This document shows, in pieces, positions 32,336 through 43,162 of a DNA stretch of 64,000 nucleotides. Positions within the stretch are counted from its first letter, which is position 1; every line of letters starts with the position of its first letter. This stretch comes from Eledone cirrhosa (taxonomy: Eukaryota). The notes beneath the pieces were generated by a model, which saw only the letters and a list, made by a program, of their open reading frames with translations, was not told the DNA's origin and did not search any database. The stretch lies in the NCBI GenBank assembly GCA_964016885.1, contig OZ024740.1:12214001-12278000 (forward strand), written 5' to 3'. Position numbers and translations under genes: made by a program.

Positions 32336-33131
32336 ATGATGTTTCGCGGCTTTTTGATCGGCTTATTCATTTTTTCCATGGCACGGAAATGGAGTATTTC
32401 CATTTCGAATCAAAACTTTTCACTAAAATCGGGCAATTGGACTGATCAAATTCACATTCATGCCAGTTTTTACAAATTCATAATTAGAAATGTGGCGAAA
32501 TCGAATGACCAGAAGGTATAAAAATATTAATTCAAATGTATTTACTTATCATACCAACAAAAATACTTAGATATTTTGTATACCTGGGGCCCGTCAGGGC
32601 CAGGTAATGTTAATCGCCAACATTGTTATCTGTTGTCCTTTTGTGAAAGTATTGGTGGTTCATGTCGGCTCTAATGATCTGAATCCTCGTCGCACCGTTG
32701 GCACTACAAAGCTGTGCAAAGTAATACAATAATTTTTGCCCAAGTATATTTTATTAATCATTTATTTGTAAATTAAGGACAAAGTGCCCGTTCGAGGCAC
32801 AAAACCGGAAAAACAGGGGAAGAGTCTCTTTGCAAGGCTACAGAAAATAGCGGAAAAGCACTACTGTACACCCATTTTCTACAGTGGTGTCATTCCACGT
32901 CCACAAAGTGTAATTGAAAATAAAAATGACTTGGGCAAGAGAAATTCTCGTTTGGAAAAGTTTAATTACTGCATGAAAGAAATGATTCAAAAATTGAACT
33001 TACCCAATCTTCACAACATTGAAAATTGGTCAAAATTTGACAAATCTGACTTCAAACCAGATATGATTCATTTGAACAATGTTGGAAATCTTAAATTGAC
33101 ACAAATTTTTGCCAATGTTTTTGCCACCTGA
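32336..33131 (+). CDS. Spliced SGNH/GDSL-hydrolase-fold protein, 227 aa, exons 32336-32515, 32571-32720, 32778-33131
   Basis: Two phase-0 GT..AG introns (55 and 57 nt) join an open frame. It contains CIPGAR (block II), LVVHVGSNDL (block III), YSGVIPR and DMIHLNNVG (block V). AATAAA follows the stop. Block I reads LIGLF rather than GDS. Confidence 0.75.
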
Positions 33132-33311
33132 TCCTTGTTCTATGGCTGACTGACTAATTTTGTGACTTAATAAAATGTCATCATACTAGTAATGCACAAT
33201 GGTCATTTTTAAATTTAAATTTTATTAAATAGTTGTTGCTTGCATTGCCTTAAAATAGTAACAAGAATGTACACATACTTTTTAAAAATACATCATTATC
33301 AGTCAAATCAG

Positions 33312-33671
33312 TCAAATGTCACTAAAAGCCAGGTGGTCGATAACAACTTCTATAAGATTAGTTACATGCTCACACATTGGATCACCTCTCATCAATGGCA
33401 TTGGGTGTCTGAGATAATCGTGGAGATAACTGATGAAGTCACAAATGAAGTGATGGTCTTCCAGTGTGAACAACTCCCTATATCCATTGATATATGTGAT
33501 GGCTTCTGATTCATAGGTGCATTTTATGAGGAATTCCATGCATCCGATTTTCAGTGATTCAATGGGCATTTTATCAGAGATGATAAGGTATTTGACCACG
33601 TTTTGCTTTTTAAGTAAATTGGAGAGAATCACTGCAGTCAAAGTCATTTCTTTGCATGGGTTTTTGTCCAT
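33312..33671 (-). CDS. 119-aa protein with a BACK/SPOP-C-terminal-like helical motif
   Basis: LKKQNVVKYLIISDKMPIESLKIGCMEFLI matches the L..eNv...l..ad......Lk..c..fi pattern. Candidate 43-nt introns lie in both UTRs (33673-33715 with gtaagt..tttttag; 33249-33291). Confidence 0.5.
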   Translation of the reverse strand: MDKNPCKEMTLTAVILSNLLKKQNVVKYLIISDKMPIESLKIGCMEFLIKCTYESEAITYINGYRELFTLEDHHFICDFISYLHDYLRHPMPLMRGDPMCEHVTNLIEVVIDHLAFSDI

Positions 33672-33946
33672 TCTAAAAAGTTAAAATGATAAAGTATTAC
33701 TACTATATAACTTACATCTATTGTTGTAACACCATTGAAATGCACAAGTTTCACCAATTCACTATTATGTACTAATCATCTCAAATGCATTCATGATTTA
33801 CTAGCTTTGTCATTAAGCCAGTTGCCTCAACTAGATTGCAATTATACTCAAAAGAACTTTAAAATGTCAATCACTTGTCAGTAATTCACTATGATCATTT
33901 AATTATTAGATAGTTGTTGCTTGCATTGCCTTAAAAAATAGTAGAC

Positions 33947-35180
33947 CAGATAGAAAAATGCGTACAGCAAAAAAAAATAATATTGTTGGAATATAAACCT
34001 TTAAAAATACAGGACAAGAAACTAAAATAAAACTTTAAAAGAATTGGACAAGAAACTAAGATAAAACTTTAAAAGAATAGGACAAGAAACTAAGATAAAA
34101 CTTTAAAGAATTGGACAAGAAATAAAAAGTTTTACAATAATATTAGTGGCAAAATTTTTTTATTCGTTTCCTGTGCTATGCCCCAGTATCTTCTTGATTA
34201 GTGCATAATAATTGTCATGCTCTCTCTCATTGTGCGCTGCCCCTGAGCGGTTGGTTCTGGTTGGGGTTGGTTGGCTGAGCAGTTCTGCTCCGTCAGAATG
34301 ACCATTGCAAGAAGAATTGGCCGATGCAGCTGCAGGTCTCCTCCAAGAATGCACTTCTGGTCCCGCAACACCAGACGAAGATGGAGAAGACGACCGGGAC
34401 AAGATGTCGACTCTGACCACCGACTACGGCACCTCCCTCAACCACCGGTCCTCCCTCCCTCTGTCCCGTCATCCCTCCAGTCCTCCTGCTCCCCCTTCCT
34501 GTACCAGAAAGCTGTGGCACGCATTCATCTGGACTGCCGGACTTGAACTCAAGGACAAGATGCAAGGAGAAGATGGACGGGTTGGTCAAGATCAAGGATG
34601 AGCGGGACGACAAGACCGTCCGCTGCTGCTCAAGATCTGTGCTCATGGGCCCATGGGTCCATTCACATTATGCATGACACATGAGGCGTGTCGCCGAATG
34701 ATGAAATAGGGGTATGGTTATGGCCCAATTGGTGTTCAAACCAGGATCAAATGATCCCCCCCCCGGTCTGACGACGACCTCTGAATGTGGAACTCAGAGC
34801 CTATGAATGTGGAACTCGATTTTTTACCAATAAAAATTTTGCCACTAATATTATTGTAAAATTTTTTATTTCTTGTCCAATTCTTTAAAGTTTTATCTTA
34901 GTTTCTTGTCCTATTCTTTTAAAGTTTTATTTTAGTTTCTTGTCCTATTCTTTTAAAGTTTTATTTTAGTTTCTTGTCCTATTCTTTTAAAGTTTTATTT
35001 TAGTTTCTTGTCCTATTCTTTTAAAGTTTTATCTTAGTTTCTTGTCCTATTCTTTTAAAGTTTTATCTTAGTTTCTTGTCCTATTCTTTTAAAGTTTTAT
35101 TTGAGTTTCTTGTCCTGTATTTTTAAAGGTTTATATTCCAACAATATTACTTTTTTTTGCTGTACGCATTTTTCTATCTG
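33947..35180. repeat. Foldback inverted repeat (arms 33947-34164 and 34829-35180) with internal 34-bp tandem units
   Basis: The arms are near-perfect reverse complements. The unit ggacaagaaactaagataaaactttaaaagaata occurs 3 times on the left and 7 times on the right. Confidence 0.92.
34160..34646 (-). pseudogene. Decayed Ser/Pro/Arg-rich ORF in the GC-rich spacer
   Basis: Frame ends ...YYALIKKILGHSTGNE* with the stop inside AATAAA. Upstream TGA/TAG stops are explicable as C>T changes. A competing + strand ORF exists (34305-34601). Confidence 0.3.
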
Positions 35181-35192
35181 TATATATATATA

Positions 35193-35225
<33 letters not shown>

Positions 35226-35229
<4 letters not shown>

Positions 35230-35325
35230 AAAATGTAAGACCCCGACGGCAGAGCTCAAGCCGTTTCGATGGCTATTTCTGCGTTATGGTCCATCTGGTT
35301 CCTTACCACAACTCCTTCATTATTA
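35226..35325. repeat. Fragment of the same short repeat family as 55035-55213
   Basis: Shares gaccccgac.gcagagctcaagccgtttcga and gcgttatggtccatctggttccttaccacaa. Flanked by (TA)n. Confidence 0.8.
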
Positions 35326-35336
35326 TATATATATAT

Positions 35337-36411
35337 ATGTAGGAGGTGAGTTTTATTGTAGTACAATAAAGCAATGCAGATATCGGATAAGAAGCACTCT
35401 ACAGTTTGTAGGACTGGAGTATACATAATATATAAGATCAAAAGATGGTTAAAAGAGTTCCATGTATTTTATTATGCGCATTTCAAAAACAAATGTCATC
35501 ATGCAATAATATTTGTGACTTCATCAGATAAAATAGGAAGACATGATATGAAGGTTAAAAAACACCTGTGAATAGTGCAGTTTTGAATCAACATATGAAA
35601 AGTAGTTTTAGATTGATGTGTGATATTGGGAAAACATATTTTTGAGTGGAGGGGGGTGGAAAGGATGAAAAAGAGGAGGAGATGAGAGTAAAAAGTAGAG
35701 GGGGGAGTATAATGAGGAAGGATGAGATAGGAGGAGAGATGGGTGATAGAGAGAGAGAGATAGCTTTTATAACTGAGAAAAATATATTGTTTTACATAGA
35801 GAGGTTGAAAAACCGTTGGAAGATAATGTATAAATTAAAATAATTTGAAAATTAACGAAGAGAAAAATAATGTAAAGTTAAGGTTTGTATATTGAAGGGT
35901 TTAATAATATGTGCGATGAAAAGAAAATGTTAATATGTATTAAGAATAATATTTAAGGGTTTAATAATATGTGCGATTGAAAGAAAATGTTAATATGTAT
36001 TAAGAATAATATTTAAGGGTTTAATAATATGTGCGATGGAAAGAAAATGTTGATATGTGTTATTTAAAAAAACAAAAGTAATGTAAGTAAGGATATATTG
36101 TGAGATGAGCATGAGTAAGTTAGATGAAAGGGAGAAAAAAATAATGAATTGAGGATGAATAATCTAACGTCAAAAAAATGTGTTTATGTTTACGAAGGAT
36201 TTTTTCAAGGTGATATAAGGTAAGAATATATTGTATTGTGTAATAATTGTTTCTATGTTAGGCACAGTGAGAAAAGGTACAGATTAGGGGTTAGAAATTA
36301 AAAGAAAAAGAAAAGAAAAGGAAAAGGAAGAAAGGGAAGTGATAAATAGGAGTGATATAGAATGAGTAACAAGTATTATATAATGTATAATAAATAACTT
36401 TGAAATAAGGT
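35337..36411 (-). repeat. 3' pseudo-LTR of the Naiad element
   Basis: Highly similar to 39046-40185. Contains 3 copies of a 60-bp unit. Confidence 0.93.
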
Positions 36412-36437
36412 AGAAAGATGGGTATATTTTTAAAGAA

Positions 36438-36527
<90 letters not shown>

Positions 36528-36566
36528 CTTTGAGAAAAGGATTCTAAATTGATAAAGTATTGGATA

Positions 36567-38963
36567 TTAGCTGTATACTTTGTGGAATGTTCTGTGGAAT
36601 TTATGCAAGCAGAGAGAAAACAAGTCAGTGCGTCTATTTATTATAGAATCTAAATTAGATATAATGGTAAATTTTTCATTTAGACAGAGATTGCAAGTCT
36701 TGGATAGAGAACTGTTCAAGTTTGAAGAAGCAAAAGAAACCTTTTTCCAAGAGATGTTATATTTAATATTTTTGTCTTTCAAGGACCATATGAGTTCTGA
36801 GAGAGCCGTGTTGGTTCTTTTAAGTTGGTATTTAAAAGACGAATGATGATTATAAAGACGAGCTTTAAAGGAGGTGGAAGTGGAGCCAAAATAGGTGAAG
36901 GAATTGGTGTCAGTTATAACTTTACATTCGTAGATTAAGTTTTTATCAAGACAATGGTTGTTGAGAGGACATTTATTTTTAACAGGGCAATTGCAATTGC
37001 GATTAGAGAGATTATTAACGAGTGACCTAGTGTTATCTATAGAAGGAATTGGATTGGAGAAGTTATTTGCGATAGGAATAATAGTTTCTTGATTTAGAAT
37101 GGGATTAAGAACATTTAGCGAAGTTGTGTTTGACGTTGTATTTGGGTTTGCAGAAATTAGCCTAGAGTTTACAATGACGTCGGGAGTACTATTACTATTA
37201 TTATGATATTCAGTGTTGGAAGGAAGAGATTTAGTATTTAGTATTTTATTGTTGTGTTTAGAGATAATGTTGGAAATGTTGGAGGATGTCGAATAGGAAA
37301 ATTTTATAGTGTGTTTGTTAAATATTTTACTATAGATATGTGAGGGAAGGAAGCATTTATTTAAGGCACTAAAGAATAATTTAGGAATATTATTATTAAT
37401 AGAGATGGAGAAAGGAGCATTATACCAGATTATGTTTTTGTATCTAGGTCTTTTATTAAAGTTATTGGAATGATCATGATTAATTATTCTACTGTGAGAT
37501 CTTCTAGAATTTATTTCTTTACTATATTTGATTTTATCAGGATAGCCGGCTTTAGAAAGCGCGTTATTATAGTAATTGGCGTTAGCATCAAAGATATTTT
37601 TATTAGAAGATAGGTTAGATATTCTTTTTCCAATATTACTAACTATAGCATTCTTAATATTAGTGGGGTGGTTAGATCTAAAATTAACATAATTTAGGTT
37701 CTCATTGTTTTTATGGTAAGGGTAATATAGGCCAGTGTCAAGATTAAGAGATACATCCAAGAAATTAGCTAGTTTGATGCTGTTATCAAATTCAATTTTT
37801 AAGTTATGTTGGTTAAAGAGATTACGTATATTGTTCTTAATAATATTAAGGTTAACTATGTTGCAATTTAAGATAGTAAAGAGTCCATCGTCACGATAAA
37901 TTCCACCGCGAAGTTGAGGAATTTTCCGACTCAAAGAGTTCGAAATAAAGATACCAATTAAATCTGTCAATTGGGATGAATCGGATGCTCCCATTGTGAT
38001 GTCGAAGTTGTTAGAGGTATCAGCTCTGGTCCAATATTCATTGTTGAATTCTAGGATGGTTTTAGGTGCGGTGAGAATGATGTGAAGTTCATCTGTGATG
38101 TCAGAATATTTAAATGCGAAAGATAGAGCATTGTTGAGAAGTGAAGGCGAAATAGAAGAATAGTAGCTGGCAATATCAAATTGAACAAATTTTAGTTTGT
38201 TTTTCTTATTCAATTTGTTGAACCAGCCAATCACTTCAGAAGTACCAAACCATAAATTTAAGTTCAAAGAAGAGCAATTAGAACGAACCTGTGGGATAAT
38301 TCTATCCAAGATGGCTTTACTAACAACCCCCAGATCGGATTTAGAGGGGGCGATTAATCTAACAGGTAGTTCAGTACGAAAATTGTTTTTGTGATCCTTG
38401 AGATTTATCCTCGGAGTTCTTGGGAGGAATGGTTCGGTCTTTTTTCCGATGCCAAGTTTTGACATAATCTCAGAGGCTTCAAAGTTTATGTATTCTAAAT
38501 TGTCATGGTTGGTTTTACGATATTTTTTCCTAAGTTCCTTTACGATAAGGTTGTTATAATTATCCTTGGAAATACCATATAAGTTATTGGTTTTGTCAGA
38601 GTGGACTAAAACATTTTTTGAGGAATTTAGGTTTGAAATTGTGTTCTTGAGATTTACAAGGTGCTCTTGTCCTTTGTAAGGGTATCTCTTGAATTTAAGA
38701 TTTTTTATAATTTTTGTTAACTCTTCCTCGAATTGCACTAGATTTTTGTTGGAAGGAGGATTTCTTTTAGAATTAAATAGATGATCGAGGAAGTTATGTT
38801 CTTTGGTATAGAAGTTCCCTTTTAGGCGCTGGTCATAGAAATAGGCTATCCATCTAAGTCTTCTTACAAAGGAGTCAGTTTTTTCAATTAGAAGTTTGGT
38901 GAATTCAGATTTACCAGGTATAGGAATGTCTTTAGTTGAATTGGTTATGTTGTAATAATCCAT
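36567..38963 (-). CDS. PLE reverse transcriptase with C-terminal GIY-YIG endonuclease (798 aa, uninterrupted)
   Basis: STKDIPIP N-terminus, SDKTNNLY, FDIASYYSSI, TMGASD, GIYRDDGL, FLDV, CxCx5Cx5C linker (CNCPVKNKCPLNNHC), LIY..YFG GIY-YIG, CNLCLNEK. Confidence 0.95.
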   Translation of the reverse strand: MDYYNITNSTKDIPIPGKSEFTKLLIEKTDSFVRRLRWIAYFYDQRLKGNFYTKEHNFLDHLFNSKRNPPSNKNLVQFEEELTKIIKNLKFKRYPYKGQEHLVNLKNTISNLNSSKNVLVHSDKTNNLYGISKDNYNNLIVKELRKKYRKTNHDNLEYINFEASEIMSKLGIGKKTEPFLPRTPRINLKDHKNNFRTELPVRLIAPSKSDLGVVSKAILDRIIPQVRSNCSSLNLNLWFGTSEVIGWFNKLNKKNKLKFVQFDIASYYSSISPSLLNNALSFAFKYSDITDELHIILTAPKTILEFNNEYWTRADTSNNFDITMGASDSSQLTDLIGIFISNSLSRKIPQLRGGIYRDDGLFTILNCNIVNLNIIKNNIRNLFNQHNLKIEFDNSIKLANFLDVSLNLDTGLYYPYHKNNENLNYVNFRSNHPTNIKNAIVSNIGKRISNLSSNKNIFDANANYYNNALSKAGYPDKIKYSKEINSRRSHSRIINHDHSNNFNKRPRYKNIIWYNAPFSISINNNIPKLFFSALNKCFLPSHIYSKIFNKHTIKFSYSTSSNISNIISKHNNKILNTKSLPSNTEYHNNSNSTPDVIVNSRLISANPNTTSNTTSLNVLNPILNQETIIPIANNFSNPIPSIDNTRSLVNNLSNRNCNCPVKNKCPLNNHCLDKNLIYECKVITDTNSFTYFGSTSTSFKARLYNHHSSFKYQLKRTNTALSELIWSLKDKNIKYNISWKKVSFASSNLNSSLSKTCNLCLNEKFTIISNLDSIINRRTDLFSLCLHKFHRTFHKVYS

Positions 38964-39045
38964 GTTGTAGAAGAAGAAAGAAGTAAAAGACCATCAAAAG
39001 GTATCCAATATGAGAGTTAGCGTTCAACCGTTAAGGAGCAAGTTA

Positions 39046-40185
39046 ATGTAGGAGGTGAGTTTTATTGTAGTACAATAAAGCAATGCAGATATCGGATAAG
39101 AAGCACTCTACAGTTTGTAGGACTGGAGTATACATAATATATAAGATCAAAAGATGGTTAAAAGAGTTCCATGTATTTTATTATGCGCATTTCAAAAACA
39201 AATATCATCATGCAATAATATTTGTGTTTTCATCAGATAAAATAGGAAGACATGATATGAAGGTTAAAAAAACACTTGCGAATAGTGCAGTTTTGAATCA
39301 ACATATGAAAAGTAGTTTTAGATTGATGTGTGATATTGGGAAAAAAAAATTTTGAGGGGGGTGGGGGGGTGGAAAGGATGAAAAAGAGGAGCAGATGAGA
39401 GTAAAAAGTGGAGGGGGGGAGTATAATGAGGAAGGATGAGATAGGAGGATAGATGGGTGATAGAGATAGAGAGATAGCTTTTATAAATGAGAAAAATATA
39501 TTGTTTTACATAGAGAGGTTGAAAAACCGTTGGAAGATAATGTATAAATTAAAATAATTTGAAAATTAACGAAGAGAAAAATAATGTAAAGTTAAGGTTT
39601 GTATATTGAAGGGTTTAATAATATGTGCGATGAAAAGAAATTGTTAATATGTATTAAGAATAATATTTAAGGGTTTAATAATATGTGCGATGGAAAGAAA
39701 ATGTTAATATGTATTAAGAATAATATTTAAGGGCTTAATAATATGTGCGATGGAAAGAAAATGTTGATATGTATTAAGAATAATATTTAAGGGCTTAATA
39801 ATATGTGCGATGGAAAGAAAATGTTGATATGTATTATTAAAAAAAACAAAAGTAATGTAAGTAAGGATATATTGTGAGATGAGCATGAGTAAGTTAGATG
39901 AAAGGGAGAAAAAAATAATGAATTGAGGATGAATAATCTAACGTCAAAAAAATGTGTTTATGTTTACGAATGATTTTTTCAAGGTGATATAAGGTAAGAA
40001 TATATTGTATTGTGTAATAATTGTTTCTATGTTAGGCACAGTGAGAAAAGGTACAGATTAGGGGTTAGAAATTAAAAGAAAAAGAAAAGAAAAGGAAAAG
40101 GAAGAAAGGGAAGTGATAAATAGGAGTGATATAGAATGAGTAACAAGTATTATATAATGTATAATAAATAACTTTGAAATAAGGT
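39046..40185 (-). repeat. 5' pseudo-LTR of the Naiad element
   Basis: Direct repeat of 35337-36411. Contains 4 copies of the 60-bp unit. Confidence 0.93.
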
Positions 40186-42872
40186 CTCACCGGGAATTGG
40201 GATCGCCGGAAATCGAACGGGATATCTGACGCCGAGGGGAAAAGCTTCATCCTTGGGATGAAAATATTTTCCCCTCTTCCGCACCACGTTACAATGGTGG
40301 CCTCAATCAAGTGGGGCGTCAGTGACTTGACGACTATGCGAGTACCGTTGCAATGCTTTGGTGGATGCAAGTTCCTTATTAGCATAATAGGACAGCCAAT
40401 CCTAAGCTTAAGAATGTGAGGTGGGAGCCCTAGGAGTTCAAGGGAATTTCATAACTCAACCGGATAATTAACGATATCGTCGGGGTCTGATGTCCGGTAG
40501 ATAGATTTGAAGAGGTGCTCTTTACCGGGAATCTTCTCAATCAGTTGCTCGTTAATAAAATTAACCATGGTATTTTTCGGAGCAAGGATGGCTCTTTCGC
40601 TGAGCCAATCGAGGTTTTTAAAGTTAGATGAGGCATTAGGAAATACTGCCTCCCAAAGGTCAGAAGGGCTGCTCACAATGTTGCACAGGGAGTCGATTGC
40701 TATGCCGCCCTTGTCATCCGCAGGGATCTTGTCCTCACCGAGTGCTAAAATGTTCTGAGCAAATGCTGCAGACATGTTGTCACCATGCAATTGAGCACAC
40801 ATATTTGTGCTCAGGTACAAACACTTCACCTGGAGCCACAACATGGACGACTTAAGGCAGGCACGCACTTCATCAGCTTTTGTCCCTTTGGGGATGATAG
40901 GCAGCGTTTGCCGAAAATCTCCTGATAGCAGAAGGGTTACGCCACCCATAGGAGCCGTAGAATTCCTAATGTCTTTCAGGGTCCTGTCCAATGCCTCAAG
41001 GGCACCCTTGTGTGCTATTGTGCACTCATCCCAAACAATGAGGCAACATTGTTTGAGAACCAGAGCTTCGTGTGAACTCTTGCTGATATTGCATGTTGGT
41101 GTCTCAGTTTTTACTAAATCCAAGGGGTGTTTAAAGGTTGAATGTGATGTCCTACCTCCCGGCAGCAAAGTAGCAGCGATCCCGGACGATGCAACGGCCA
41201 ACGCAATTTTTTTCTCCTGACGAATCTTAGCGAGAATCAATTTCGTTACAAAAGTTTTTCCGGTACCCCTAGGAGCATCAAGAAAGTAAATAACCCCAGT
41301 CTGATTTTGAACCGCGTCAATGATAGTTAAATAGGCCAACCTTTGGTCCGACAGAAGTTTGGGCTCATTTTCCTCTAAGTATTGGGAAAGAGATTCGATG
41401 TCATATGCTGTTCCTCGCATCAAATCCGGGGCCAACGTGTTAGCTTACTCTCTGACGGTTGACGGCAAGCCATTCATCGCCAACTCACTCCCACTCGTGT
41501 CAAGGAGGGCGTCCTCGATATCAATGAGTGCCCTGTTGTAGATAATGTCGCTGTAACCAACTTCCACTGAAGGATACTGCAGATGAGCCAGGCGCAGGAA
41601 GTCCTCAGACATGAAGTCTCTGTACTTGACCCATAAAGATTTGGGATCACCCAATTCACACTTTTGAAGCAAAATAGCAAAGAGTTCCCGTAGACCTTTA
41701 GGTGATTTCAACAAAGCACCCTCTGCTAAAGTGGAATCCCATTGCAAATCATCTTCCAAAAGACCACGCTTAAAGCAGGCTTCCCGGTACGTATCACATA
41801 TTTCTCCATCAACAGTTTTGACGTCCTGAAAACTTTGTGGGCCTACAACTTCATGCAGAAGAAGGTGGAGATGAAAGCATTCATGCTGACTTGGGGGCAC
41901 ATTGTAAACCCTTCCAAGACAGCTGTCAAATTTTACACCAGGATGTCTTTCAACAGTTTGACCTGACTTTCTTCGCACCCAAGTGCTTTTCGACCATATA
42001 AAGTAGGATGGAACCTGGGGTACACAATTGTTTGCGCAAATGTATCGAACTGGCAAAGTTTGAAGAAACCCGTCAGAGTGGTCTCTTTCGGATCGGCGGC
42101 CAACTTGGCGGCGGTTTGGTCCGTAAAGTAAACACTTTGCCCATTTTCCAAATGTACCGCAAGCTGTACAATGGCGGGGTGACGCTGATGTACTGCCCCG
42201 CCAGGTATTGTGACCTCGTCCCTGCTATTTTCAGCTTAAAATGCGAACATTGCGGCATCAGAACCCATATTTACATATTTATATATGTATTTTATCGGCT
42301 TGACGGAGTTGCAAAACTCAACGTTGATGTGGTGCCTTACTGCCCGCTTCTTCAAGAGAAGCGAGAAGTAAGGGACCACCCATCTATTGTCGACTTGACC
42401 TCCCTTTACTGTTGTGGTGAAGCCACCGCTCTCGGGCCGTCTCCGCCTGTACAGGGGGTACACGTCGCCACCAGTCTGAGTCTGGTCAACAAATTTTTGG
42501 AGGTATCCCTTACTGCACGACCCCCCCCCCCCCTTTCAGACACGTGTGATGCTCATTAGGACCCGACGCACACGGACCATGTTAGCTTTGACGATGTCAT
42601 GTAATTCCTGGTCAGTTGCTGGGTTGGGGATTTCAGCCGAAATGAAGCTGTCTATGGCATTTGAATTGATTTTATCAGCTAACCAAATCAAAATGTGAGC
42701 ATGTGGCAGCCCTCGTTTTTGCCATTCGACGGTGAACATGTCACATTTTACAGCCCCAAATACCTGACCCTTTTTGATTAAAGCCATGAGTTTAGCCAGT
42801 TTCAGTCTGAACACTCTGGCAATGAGGTCGTGTCTGTTCGAATAATTTTGCCCAAGAAAAAGTTCGCGGGTT
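40186..42872 (-). mobile_element. Decayed Helitron RepHel (HUH Rep + Pif1 helicase), truncated at both ends
   Basis: VEWQKRGLPHAHILIW, DNRWVVPY, FLDAPRGTGKTF, IVWDE, GDFRQTLP, CNGTR and QFPVRP are spread over several frameshifted ORFs. Confidence 0.95.
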
Positions 42873-43118
42873 ACATTCCGATTCGTATGTCTATAGCATT
42901 AATCTGTTATATGAAGTGTTATTTTGCGAGTTGTTATTTGCAATAAGCCGATTGAAAATACCCCAGATAAACTGTATGTCAATACGGAACGCTCCACTGC
43001 AGTGTTGTCATATAGGGATCGAAGAGCGACAGAGAGAGTAAAGCAGTTAAATTATAGGGAGAGGGAATGATCATGATCGATTTTTGCCCTTATTGTTGAA
43101 GCAGACGCAAGGGGGACA

Positions 43119-43162
43119 ACCGTCTATGCATTTCAGGCTTAACTGGCCTTCGTCAGGACGGT
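43119..43162 (-). ncRNA. Minimal type I hammerhead ribozyme
   Basis: accgtc-CTGACGA-aggc-cagttaa-gcct-GAAA-tgca-TA-gacggt. Stems I and II are perfect. Confidence 0.88.

Larger units (their letters stand above)
35337..40185 (-). mobile_element. Penelope-like retroelement, Naiad type, partial-tandem (pLTR) structure
   Basis: RT+GIY-YIG ORF between ~1.1-kb direct repeats. The 3' end abuts (TA)n. Confidence 0.92.

Noticed and set aside
36567-38963. Selenoprotein Naiad
   Set aside because: The ORF has no in-frame UGA, and the linker and EN cysteines are ordinary Cys.
35337-40185. LTR retrotransposon
   Set aside because: No TG..CA ends, PBS, gag, protease or integrase. The RT and GIY-YIG are PLE-type.
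40449-41435. Host PIF1 helicase gene
   Set aside because: Collinear with HUH Rep motifs, intronless and frameshifted, so it is a Helitron relic.
42008-42559. 183-aa + strand ORF and other antisense ORFs over LINE/Helitron sequence
   Set aside because: Shadow frames opposite recognisable TE coding sequence.
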